A stretch of DNA of 64,000 nt, from NCBI GenBank assembly GCA_030390025.1, contig CM059432.1:142540001-142604000 (forward strand). Reading direction: 5' to 3'. The position numbers and the translations under genes are program-made. The notes below the pieces were generated by a model. It was not told where the DNA came from, made no database searches, and worked only from the letters and a program-made list of their open reading frames with translations. Below, piece by piece: positions 36,243 through 47,992 of the stretch (the stretch's first letter is position 1; each line of letters begins with the position of its first letter). The DNA comes from Squalus acanthias (Eukaryota).

Positions 36243-36914
36243 CTCGGCTGGAGAAGGATGGATGGTAAACATCGTCTTCCTGGTTAAAATACGACTCCCT
36301 CTTCCAAAAAGACAATTGTTCAATAATTTCTTGGGAACTTAATACTGCAAGTAAACACCGAGCTCAGCAGCATATTTTCGAAGAATTCTCACTTTTTAAC
36401 AAAGGTATTTTGGCAATTATTTTGCTTTCTTACAAGTACTGGAAGAATCCCAGACTTTAGATGCATTTTTGGTATCTTTAGGTAATTGAATTAAAGATTG
36501 GGGAGACAGAGCCCTATCTGCAGGTAACAAGGCTGAGCTCTCCCACCGCAGAAATACATGACTTTGACACACACATCTTGAAGTTGGGAAAATTACACCG
36601 CACATCATAACATCACTCAAGACTAATTTAGAACAGAGTGTTTTATGGTTTACAAGCTTTCAGTTATACCACAGTTGTATGGTTGCCAAGTATTCAATTT
36701 GCAGCCAGAAACAGTGAGTTCTTCTGCCCTAAAATACATCTGAAATTTGACTCATTCAGAACGATACATTACAATTTACGAGCTTAAAGAACATTCTAAC
36801 CACGTGAGCGAGTGGAAGCAACTGATAAATGTCACCTGAATCCCAACATCTGGATCTGCATATCATTAAAAGTCACGCGTCTGGGCGCGATTCCCGTCAA
36901 CCCTTTCTGTTATA

Positions 36915-37320
36915 ACCATGGCTCAGTGGGTAGCAGTCTCGCCTCTGAGTCAGAAGGTTGTGGGTTCAAGCACAAGAATCTAGGCTGGCACTCCCAGTGC
37001 AGTGTTGAGGGAGTGCTGCACTGTCGGAGGAGCTGTCTTTCGGACGAGACCTCAACCCAAACCCCCGTCTGCCCTCTCTGGTAGACGTCAAAAGATCCCA
37101 TGGCACTATTTCGAAGATGATCAGGGGAGTTCTCCCTGGTATCCTGGGCCAATATTTATCTCTCACCCAACACCTAAAAACAGATTATCTGGTCATTATC
37201 TCATTGCTGTTTGTGGGACCCTGCGATGAGCAATTTGGCTGTCGTGTTTCCCACATTACAACAGTGACTACACTTCAAAAGTACTTCATTGGCTGTGCAG
37301 CCCTTGGGAACGTCCTTGAG
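36915..37320 (+). mobile_element. DeuSINE, near full length
   Basis: Collinear with 5762-6210. Confidence 0.82.
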
Positions 37321-37815
37321 TTTGTTCCTTCTTCAGCCTGAAGATATTTCCACCCAATATGTCCTTCCATAGGGACCAGGAACCTCCCTGACCTGCACGA
37401 TTCAGTGCCACCCCAAATGATGCATTTACTCTCTCGGCTACTTTTTAAAACTTTTTTTTTTAGTAATTTCTTCCCCCTCTTTAAGCTTTCTCCTTGGGCC
37501 TTGCGCCATTTTCTGATTGAAAAGGTGGGTCAGTGACCTGCAGACAAGCCCCCATCAATGTCAGTTTTTAAGCTGTAACCAGGAGGCGCACAAAACTCCA
37601 CGTGGGCAAGTGCCCAGTCTCTGCTAGGCACGGAACAGCGGGTTGAGCGTGCATAATCACCCACGGGTATTTTACTCCTGGGTGCTGCCCCTTAAAGCTG
37701 ATGTTCCCTTATTAATTTTCTGCATTTCCTAATAAAAATCGCAACTGGTACAGTGCGGGACACGTACGTGCTCCTTTATTCTATGTTAGTGTGTTTAAGT
37801 ACGAGTTGCTCACTT

Positions 37816-38284
37816 AGAAACATAGAAACTAGGAGCAGGAGTAGGCCATTCGGCCCGTCGAGCCTGCTCCACCATTCAATACGATCATGGCTGATCATCC
37901 AAATCCAGTACCCTGTCCCTGCTTTCACAGAATCCCCACAGTACAGATAGAGGCCATCTCGGCCCATCGAGCCTGCACCGACACATATCCCACCCTATCC
38001 CCGTAACCCCACGTATTTAATTCCCCCCTAACATATCCCATCCTATCCCCGTAACCCCACATATTTAATCCCCCCCTAACACTAAGGGTCAATTTATCAT
38101 AACCAAATCAACCTAACCCGCACATTTTTGGACTGTGGGAGGAAACCGGAGCACCCGGAGGAAACCCACGCAGACACGGGGAGAATGTGCAAACTCCACA
38201 CAGACAGTTACCCGAGGCCAGATTCGAACCCGGGTCCCTGGCGCTGTGAGGCACCAGTGCTAACCACTATGCCACCGTGTTGCC
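37816..38284 (-). mobile_element. V-SINE (HE1-like), full length, with two tandem CR1-type tails
   Basis: Reverse-complement match to 28063-28483; short TSD (c)actt. Confidence 0.88.
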
Positions 38285-41104
38285 ACTTCTTGCAAATCCA
38301 TACTCCAACTGTAGCCCTTCATCTTTGGCACAATTAAAGTAAGTTATATAACAGAAGGACCACTTTACTAGTAGCTACAATTACTTTTTTTGGAAACTGA
38401 ATATGCAAAGTCGACTTCCTGTCTAACCAATGCCAATTTTTAATACTAGTTTCGAGGGGGAAGTCATGCCTCTCTTCAATCCTAATCAGATTAACAAAGA
38501 CGTAATGAGTTCTCTTTCAAAAACACTCAAGTAAACATTCTAAGATTATTCAAATCACGGGCCCTTAACTACCACCTTATTATGCTTGCTATAATTGTTT
38601 CCTTCCCTGTGCAGAGAAAGAGCTCGTCATTGTTTTTTTATGTTCTATTCCAACTCATATTAGCTGTATACTGATACTTAGGATAACAAAAGCTTTTATA
38701 ATTCCACATGATAGTGCTATCGTCATTTTTGGAAATCAATTTCTGAAGACATGCTCAGTTGGGCTCATTTTAAAAATATACTTTCCTGACGAGATCAATG
38801 TTACAGTGCCACGGAGGTGATGCTCCAGTAATGGTCCACCCGGGGACACAGGCACCAGCTGTTGTCCTGCAGCTGAACTCCGGGTCCAACTCTGACCCTT
38901 GATTCCCCCACCCACCCACCCCACCCCACCGACACATGCCTGAATATCTTCTTAAGTGCGTCTACCCTGGAATGGTGGTGATAATCACCAGGTAGCACTG
39001 GCACTGAAGCTATAATGACCAAATCCTGTGGAGAAGTCAAACCCTTTTGTCACCATCAATCAGCGCGCCCTGTCCAGCTGTGTCTTTAAGCCAAAGACGA
39101 CGGTGGTTTCAAAGAAACTGAATCACATGGGTGGACCCAAAGGGCAAAGAAACATGTCCTTTAATTTTCATTTGCCGGTAGGTACAGGCACCTTTCACAC
39201 ACTTGGTTCCCATAACTGGTCAGTACGATAAAAGCTTTCAAGTGGGGCTAAAGGAGTAGAGGAGATTGCTTATTACTTCCTTTCCCCAGCTGATAAAGAA
39301 AGTTACATTTCTGCTGGAGGAGAACAGAAGCCCTTTCTTTACTGGCCTCCCATTCCCATGCAAACCGAAACAGCCCTAATCAGATGCCAGGGGAGTTCCA
39401 GTCCCTCAAGGAACAGCTTTGATGCAGAGTGCGTTTTTAACTTGGCTGCAGATGTCAGTCCTTGGGAACCCAGAGATAAAAATCACACAAACTAGAACAC
39501 AACTAGAAGTGCTGACCGACAAACCAGTGTTAGAAGTGAGAAGAGTCGCAATGGAAACAGAAACCGTTTGACGAGTAAAACACTGCCAGATTTCTAACAT
39601 TATATAGGCAGCTAATTTCCAAAAAGGATCATTACTTCACCGAACAGCAAACTGATTTGAACAGAATGCCGTATCGTCGGGAGATAAAACGGCATTCAAT
39701 TGCACAGATTATCACCTCAAAACTCTGACTTGGGAGAAGAATGACCTTGGAAGCCTTTTATTTTTTTACTGGGCTGAATATTTTTATTGGGAAACACAAA
39801 TGTAGCAGGAATAGACAAATCAGGTCAAGCAGCATATCCAAAGTGTGGGCAACACCGTGGAATGCTGCCTGAGCTAGTTATGGGACATCTATTTGGTCTG
39901 CGTAGACAGACAAGTTGTCACGATTACCGCGTGGTGCCCCCTAATGTTAAACAGCTGGACATTAAAATTTATCCCTTTACAACCAGGCAATGCCTGTCCA
40001 CAAACTGAGCTCAACTCTGCCAAAGCACAAATGCTTTGAAATTATTTGTTTTGACCGTTGGTTAAGCTAGTTTCTTAAACCTAAAGATTGCAAGTTACCA
40101 ATGACGGATACCATTGCAATTCTTTTCTAATGGGAGGGAAGCAGGATTCAAGCAGCTTGCTCTTCGAAAGAGCCAGCGCAGCAGACTCGATGAACCGAAC
40201 GGCCTCCTTCTGTGCTGTACTATTCTATGATTCTATTTTTATGATTCTTAAACTCTGGTGTTTGGAATAATGAAGCCCAGGGTCCAATACATGGATTGCA
40301 TCTCAAACCCGCGGCATTGCAGTTTCCTTCCACGCTGGGAGTAAGGCACACACTCACCAACCAACAGGCAGGGGATAGCAACATGTGCCCACCAGGAGGC
40401 AAGGATCAAACACCGACCACAGCCTCAAACCGCCAGGGATCAGAGAAATACCCACGTGGCAGTCCGCCCATGATGGGACCCACCAAACCACTAAAGACCT
40501 AAAGGGGGCAATCACGACTGTCGGAGGGTTGCATGTCTGCCAGGCTTCAGACCCGACAGGCTTTTAAACGACCAGCAATCAGATATTCCCATTTATTTTA
40601 TTTTCTCCTTAAATCATCTTTGGCAATATGGCTCCTACCACAGACTCCAGGGGGCAGGAAACGAGTGGTGGGATATAGAGAAGCACTGAGGAGAAGGGCT
40701 TTTTATTGTAATCGTGTGCATTCCGCTACATTATTCTGCACACAACTTGTTTTTTTTTTTTTTACAATGTATGTTTATAAAGTTCAACCAATACAAAATT
40801 TCGCAGTGAGACTATCTAAATTTCAAACTAAGATAAGCAAGGTGCTGAGGAACTCCAGAATAGGAATTGAACAGATCGCACAAAAGCAGATTGAACCAAA
40901 TCGATTACTAACCAACCTCAACTAGTCCAGACTAGCACCCAAGTTAAAGGCAAGGGAACCTGGGCAATCATAAAAAATAACTGTGTAAGGGGCAGAGGAG
41001 GCCCAGGCTGAACACCCACTAATAATGGTGGCAGAACAGCCCCGCAAATGAGAGAGAATAAGCTGTACAACTCCCTGGAAAAGGAGGCACATGAACAGCC
41101 TCTG

Positions 41105-41545
41105 AAAAGAAAGAACTCACATTTCTTTAGCGCCTTTCACATCCTCAGGACATCCATTTTACAGACAATGAAGTACTTTTGAAGAGTAGTCACTGTTGTA
41201 ATGTAGGAAACACGGCAGCCAATTTGCACACAGCAAGCTCCCACAAACAGCAATGTGATAATAAGAACATAAGAAATAGGAATGACCAGATCATCTGTTT
41301 TTAGTTATGGTGGTTGAGGGATAAATATTGGCCCAGGACACCGGGGAGAACTCCCCTCTTCTTCAAAATAGTGCCGTGGGATCTTTAACCTCAGAGGACA
41401 GCTGGAGCCTCAGTTTATCATCGCATCTGAAAAATGGCACCTCCCAACAGTGCAGCACTCTCTCAGCGCTGGCACTGGAGTGTCAGCCTAGATTTTTGTG
41501 CTCAAGACTCTGGAGTGGGGCTTGAACTCACAACCTTCTGACACA
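41105..41545 (-). mobile_element. DeuSINE, near full length
   Basis: Reverse complement of the 5762-6210 family. Confidence 0.82.
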
Positions 41546-43000
41546 GAATCATAGAATAGAATGGTTACAGCACAGAAGGAGGGCCATTCGGCCCGTCGAG
41601 CCCGTGCCGGCTCTCCGCAAGAACACTTCAGCTAGTCCCACTCCCCCGCACTTTCCCCGTAGCCCTGCAATTTTTTTCCTTCAGGTACTTATCTAATTCC
41701 CTTTTGAAAGCCACAATTGAATCAGCCTCCACCACCCTTTCAGGCAGTGCATTCCAGATCATAACCACTCGCTGTGTAAAAAAGTTTTTCCTCATGTTGC
41801 CTTTGGTTCTTCTGCCAATCACCCTAAATCTGTGTCCTCTGGTTCTCGACCCTTCCACCAACGGGAACAGTTTCTCTCTATCTACTCTGTCTAGACACCT
41901 CATGATTTTGAACAGCTCTATCAAATCTCCTCTCAATCTTCTCTGCTCTAAGGAAAACAACCCCAGCTTCTCCAGTCTATCCACGTAACTGAAGTCCCTC
42001 ATCCCTGGAACCATTCTTATAAATCTTTTCTGCACCTTCTCTAAGGCCTTCACATCCTTCCTAAAGTGCGGTGCCCAGAATTGGACACAATACTCCAGTT
42101 GTGGTCGAACCAGTGTTTAATAGAAATTCATCATAACTTCCTTGCCTTTGTACTCTGTGCCTCTATTTATAAAGTCCAGGATCCCATATGCTTTTTTAAC
42201 CGCTTTCTCAACCTGTCCTGCCACCTTCAATGATTTGTGCACATATACCCCCAGGTCTCTCTGTTCATGCACCCCCTTTAGAATTGTACCCTTTAGTTTA
42301 TATTGCCTCTCCTCGTTTGTCGAACCAAAATGTATCACTGCACTTTTCTGCGTTAAACTTCACCTGCCACGTGCCCGCCCATTCCACCAGCCTGTCTATG
42401 TCCTCTTGAAGTCTAACACTATCCTCCTCACTGTTCACTATACTTCCAAGTTTTGTGTGATCTGCAAATTTTGAAATAGTGCCCTATACACCCAAGTCTA
42501 AGTCATTAATATAGATCATGAAAAGCAGTGGTCCTAGTACCGACCCCTGGGGAACACCACTGTATACCTTCCTCCAGTCCGAAAAACAACTGTTCACCAC
42601 TACTGTTTCCTGTCACTTAGCCAATTTCGTATCCATGCTGCCGCTGTCCCTTTTATTCCATGGGCTTCAACTTTGCTGGTAAGCCTATTATGTGGCACTT
42701 TATCAAACGCCTTTTGGAAGCCCATGTACACCACATCAACCCTCTCTGTTACCGCATCAAAAAACTCAATCAAGTTAGTTAAACACAATTTGCTTTTAAC
42801 AAATCTGTGCTGGCTTTCCTTAATTAATCAACACTTGTCCAAGTGACTGTTAATTTTGTCTCGGATTATCGTTTCTAAAAGCTTCCCCAAGGTTAAATTG
42901 ACTGGCCTGTAGTTGCTGGTTTTATCCTTACACCCTTTTTTGAACAAGGGTGTAAACATTTGCAGTTCTCCAGTCCTCTGGCACCAACCCTGTATCCAAG
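41546..43000 (-). mobile_element. CR1 LINE, 5'-truncated, spanning the RT domain
   Basis: NYRPVNLT, CLTNLIEFF, DVVYMGFQKAFDKVPH, IHFG, and C-terminal ORF 41628..42053. Confidence 0.92.
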
Positions 43001-43752
43001 GAGGTACCTTCCTGTGCAAGCGCAGGAAATGCAACACCTGCCCTTTTACCTGCTCCCTTTCTACCGTCCAGGACCCCAAACACTCCTCCCAGGTGAAACA
43101 GCGATTTATTTGTACTTCTTGCAATTTAGTATACTGTATTCACTGCTCACAATGTGGTCTCCTCTACATTGGGGAGACCAAATGCAGATTGTATGACCGC
43201 TTTGCGGAACACCTCCGTTCAGTCCGCAAGCGTGACCCTGAGCTTCCGGTCGCCTGTTACTTTAATTCTCCGCTCCACTCCCACTCTGAGCTCTCTGCCC
43301 TTGGCCTCTTATACTTTTCCAACAAAGCCCGACGTAAGCTCGAGGAACAGCACCTCATCTTTCGATTAGGCACTTTACAGCCTTCAGGACTCAACATCGA
43401 GTTTAATAATTTCAGACCATAACCCCAGCCCCTATTTTTTCAGATGGCAGCTGTTGATGATTCTGCCATTTCCCATTTACACCTCCTCTCGACCCATCTT
43501 TTATTTCTTTACTTGTCCCATTACCATCTCCTGCCTCCCACCCTATCACAGACCTTCCCTTTTGTTCTATCCTCCCCTCTCCCCCGCACTTGCTTAAAAC
43601 CTGTTATAGCTCTAACTTTTTCCAGTTCTGACGAAGGGTCATCGACCTGAAACGTTAACTCTGTTTCTCTCTCTCTCCACAGATGCTGAGTATTTCCAGC
43701 ATTTTCTGTTTTTATTTCAGATTTCCAGCATCCGCAGTATTTTGCTTTTGGT
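43001..43752 (+). mobile_element. Penelope-like element: Cys-rich linker, GIY-YIG endonuclease domain and pLTR
   Basis: ORF 42913..43422: CKRRKCNTC, NLVYCIHCSQCGLLYIGET..RL..RF.EH, EQHLIFRLGTLQPSGLN; followed by pLTR with hammerhead motif. Confidence 0.88.
43624..43660 (+). ncRNA. Minimal type I hammerhead ribozyme motif (PLE family B)
   Basis: AGTT-CTGACGA-A-GGGTC-atc-GACCT-GAAA-CG-TT-AACT: intact core, stem I AGTT/AACT, palindromic AACGTT. Confidence 0.7.
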
Positions 43753-44637
43753 TCAGATTTTTTTTTGTTGTTGAAGAAAGCACAACCGACATTTCTGAGT
43801 TCCAGCTTATATTGTGGCATTTTTCTCCACTTTCTTGGCGAATGAAGCACATTTTCAGGCTGACCTTGCTGAACTGGATACAATTCTATTAAACTGCAGT
43901 AGGTACAAGCTGACTTTCAGACTATGCAGTTCAGTAGAACGCAAACTTGATGCTGCAGTTAGTGACCCACCCCACTGAGCTGCAAATTAAAAACGAGGGG
44001 CTGGGCAAACCATGAGCTCTCATGTTTTATTAATACTAGATCAGATTACAGTAAAAAAAAATCCAAGATTGAAAATATTGTGCACATGCCATCTGCACGT
44101 TAAAAAAAAAAGTAAATGGTTGCATATAGTTCCCTAAAGTGCAAAATAAACTGGGAGTAACAATGTCGCTTTGTCACATGCAAGTTATCAATGCAGTATT
44201 CACTTGTCATAATATTTTTACTGTAGCTCACTGCTGGTTATAACATTTGTGAGAATTTATTTAGGGAAAGAGTGGCAGAAATAAGTAACAGCATTCGCAC
44301 TGGTATATCGGTGATAATGCAATGGCATAAAAACATTTTTAACTATGCTTTCTTATACTGCAGAATATTCATAATGCTCTCCACCTGAAGACACGTGAGT
44401 GTCATAGACAAGTCATGGTAACTGGTGGCCAAGTCACACAGAAATAGAAGGCAACGCTCGACAGTAGCAGTTTTAGTTAGATGTTAGAGTTATGTGGCGT
44501 GGCCCAGGATCCTCTGTTTATATATTTATTAATAATCCTGAAGAAGGTATAAAAAAGTAGAATTCCTAACTGTGCGGAGGATTCCCCAAGTGTGTGGGAA
44601 AGCAGGGTGTCCTCCAGACTTGTAGCAACTCGACATA

Positions 44638-44840
44638 GCCCTAAGCTCTGGAATTCCCTCCCTAAACCTCCCCGCCTCTACCTCTCTCTCCTCCTTAAAT
44701 ATGCTCCTTAAAACCTACCTCTTTGACCAAGCTTTTGGTCACCTGTCCTAATATCCCTTAATGTGACTCGGTGTCAAATTTTGTTTGATAATCGCGCCTG
44801 TGAAGCGGCTTGGGACGTTTTACTATGTTAAAGGCGCTAT
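44638..44840 (+). mobile_element. L2 3' end
   Basis: Same tail family; further pieces at 45625-45705, 48660-49065 and 50765-51020. Confidence 0.78.
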
Positions 44841-47026
44841 GTAAATACAAGTTGTTGTTGAAAGCTTTCAATTAATGCCCAAGGTCAGCACATCTCATCA
44901 CTACATTAGTGGAAAACTGTGAAGATTTCTGTTCTTCATTTTAGCAGCCATGTGAATTAACAACTGATATCTGAATTGGCTACATTTTATTCCTCAGATA
45001 TTTTAATGAACTTTATATTCTTGGCTAACTATTCATCGTAGGATCATCTCTCTCATAATCAGGACTAGATGACTCAAACACAAATAATTAAAACTAGAAC
45101 TAAGGATCATTTACCTGAAAAATGACTGTCGGTGTAGTCGGACTCGCACTAAAAGTAAGTAAAATGCATCCATCAAAGCTGACTGCTCAAAATGTTCCAT
45201 TAGCCTCGTGTGGCAAGTGTTACACTGGACTGGTGAACTGTGAGGGATGGGGAAACCTTCACTAGAATCCTACAACACGAGCATATAGGACAAACTGCAC
45301 GCTCGCTGATACACTGAAAAGCGGAACAACTTGAATTCAGAGATTACCCAGAGCGTGCAAACTGCTCGTTCGAGTGGTTATTACAACCGTTATGAATAAA
45401 ACACAACTTTTTTTTTTAAATTGAAGAAAATACAAGGCCAGGGTATAATTTTATCAATTAAAATACCCTGTACTTTTTGTAAAGACAAACGCACAGCATG
45501 GCTTTTAGTCATCAATTAAAGGCACAGTCCCTCTAACGGGATTGAAGGACTTAAAAAATCATATAGTATTTTGCAAGCAAGCCACAAATAGAATTTAACT
45601 GCCGATATGATCATTGCAATTATCAAATTTGATAACGCTCCTGTGAAGCGCCTTGGGTCATTTTACTACGTTAAAGGCGCTATATAAATGCATGTTCTTG
45701 TTGTATTATTACAAGACATTCTTGGCCTGTTTATCTTTTTCACCTTGTGCAGTACACCACTCTGCGGCTGAGCGGGCAGCCGAGCGACCCGTACGTGCAC
45801 TCTGCCGAGAGGGGCCTTAAGATGGCCTGCTGTCAGAATGACTTGCACTGCCAACACCCAACAGCATTGCTGCTCCCTGCAGGGAAGCGACCCCCCCTCC
45901 ACTCGCCACTTTCACTTGTGGTCAGGTGCTGGCGGTCCAAGCCAATATCCCTGCTGCTCTAGGGCCTAGCCGATCAAACCTTTACTGCAGGGTTTCATAC
46001 CAACACACAACTTAATAGCGGATTAGGAGCTTGATAACTGGCTAGACAACGGCTGAAGGAAGATCTATAATTCTGAGATCGTTCGAATTTCAAACAATGC
46101 AGGCATCCATTAATCCTGGAGTGCATCACGAAGCCCATATAAGGTTCACCAAACTGCCAGCATTTTAATCTGTTAGAAATGCATGACATTCTAGACGCAC
46201 AGCAAGTTAGCTGGCATCTAAAAGAGAGAGAAGGGTTGAAGGATTTGACAACCTGAAATGTTTTCTTTCTGATGCTGAACAAAAGCCACGCTGCATTTGG
46301 TTTCCATTTCTCATTTCCAGCTTTTATGTTTATTTTAAGCTTGATTTTAATCTATTAGTTTTAATGTACCCTCATTGCTCATCTCCGTATCACTATTACT
46401 TGAATCAACATACTGTTGTTTGTTATCTGGAAAAATCAGTCTGAGATCATAGTAACATTTGCTAGTTTGAGCGTATATATCGCAGGGAAACATTAGTGTA
46501 GGTGTAAGTATCAGAAGCACCCCAACATCAGGAACCGGCAATCTTTTTTTCAGAACTTCATTAGCATTCGAGAGGGAATTGGATAAATACTTGAAGGGAA
46601 AAAAAATTACAGGGCTGTGGGGAAAGAGCAGGGGGAGTGAGACTAATTGGAGAACTCTACCAAAGAGCCGGCACAGGCACGATGGGCCGAATGGCCTCTC
46701 CTGTACTGCGTGATTCTATGATTTTAATAGAACAGAAACGCTTAAAGCACACGCACTCCATATAACTGGTGAACATTTTGAAGGAAATACAGTCTGTACA
46801 CAGTCCACTCACTGTTCAAAGGCTGTCCCTCAACTCCCCTCAAGTCCTTGCTGAGTATTTGCTTTGTTTTAACAAATACTTGGCAGATATTTTACCCCCA
46901 TTTTGAATGCAGTCTTATATTTAAGTGAAACCTGAAGAAACAAATCCCGTCATCTTTTCTTAGAAAGAGGACTGCTGGCTGCCAGATGGTTCTTGGTAAG
47001 CTTTATTCCTGCGAGTTGCCGAACCC

Positions 47027-47540
47027 GAGGTTCAATCCCTGGTCAAGTTTGCTGATCTCAGCCAAGCAAGTGGTGGAGGCTCGATAATTGGCATCAGTAC
47101 GCTAGGATCAGGGAGGTCAAACCAGAGTGGCAGCTGCTGACTGCTTCCCAGTAAACCTCTGCTGGAATTCCACATGCAAGCACATCAGGCGAGGCTCGGA
47201 CCAGAAAGAAGAATACGGCAATCTGAAATTAAAAAACACCCCCCTCCCCCCAAAAATGCTGGAAACTCTCAGCAGCTCGGGCAGCGTCTGTGGAGAGAGG
47301 GGAGGTTGGGGTTAACGCTTCAGGTCGATCACCCCTCGTCAGAACCGAATGGCCATCGACCAGAAATGTTAACACTACCTTCATCTCTCCAAGAGAGGTG
47401 AGGATTAGGCTCGGCTGCGCAGCTCCCGTGGCCCATCAGTGCCATGGCACACATTAGGAGTTGCCACTAGGGCAAGGGGCTGGAGCGTGCCTGGTGATGG
47501 CGTATCCCAGCAAGGAGGCAACAATCTTGAGGAGGGGGAA
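47027..47540 (+). mobile_element. Degenerate LF-SINE-like element interrupted by a Penelope pLTR fragment (about 47200-47390)
   Basis: ggttcaatccctggtc..gctgatctcagcc..aattggcatcag and gaggattaggctcggctg..cccagcaag resemble the recalled LF-SINE consensus; the insert is reverse-complement similar to 43625-43750. Confidence 0.55.
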
Positions 47541-47549
47541 GAAAGAAGA

Positions 47550-47992
47550 TTTACATGGAATTTACAGCACAAAAAAGGCCATTCAGCCCAACTGGTCCGT
47601 GCCGGTGTTTATGCTCCACACGAGCCTCCTCCCAATCTATTTACTTTATCTCACCCTATCAGCATATTCTTCTATTCCTTTCTCCCTCTCAAGTGTTTAT
47701 CTCGCTTCCCCCTTAAATGCATCTATACTATTCGCCTCAACCACTCCCTGTGGTAGTGAGTTCCACATTCTCACCACTCTCTGGGGTAAAGAAGCTTCTC
47801 CTGAATTCCTTGCTGATTTATTGGTAACTATCATATTTATAGCCCCTAGTTTTGGTCTCCCCCACAAGTGGAAACATCTTCTGTACATTTACCCTATTAA
47901 ATCCCTTCATAATTTTAAAGTCCTCTATCAGGTCACCCCTCAGCCTTCTCTTTTCTAGAGAAGAGCCCCAGCCTGTTCAATCTTTCCTGATA
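47550..47992 (-). mobile_element. CR1 3' end
   Basis: QRVVRMWNSLPQGVVEANSIDAFKG. Confidence 0.82.

Noticed and set aside
40748..41100. Poly(A)-tailed retrocopy or L1 end on the minus strand
   Set aside because: T-run present, but no recognisable ORF or TSD.
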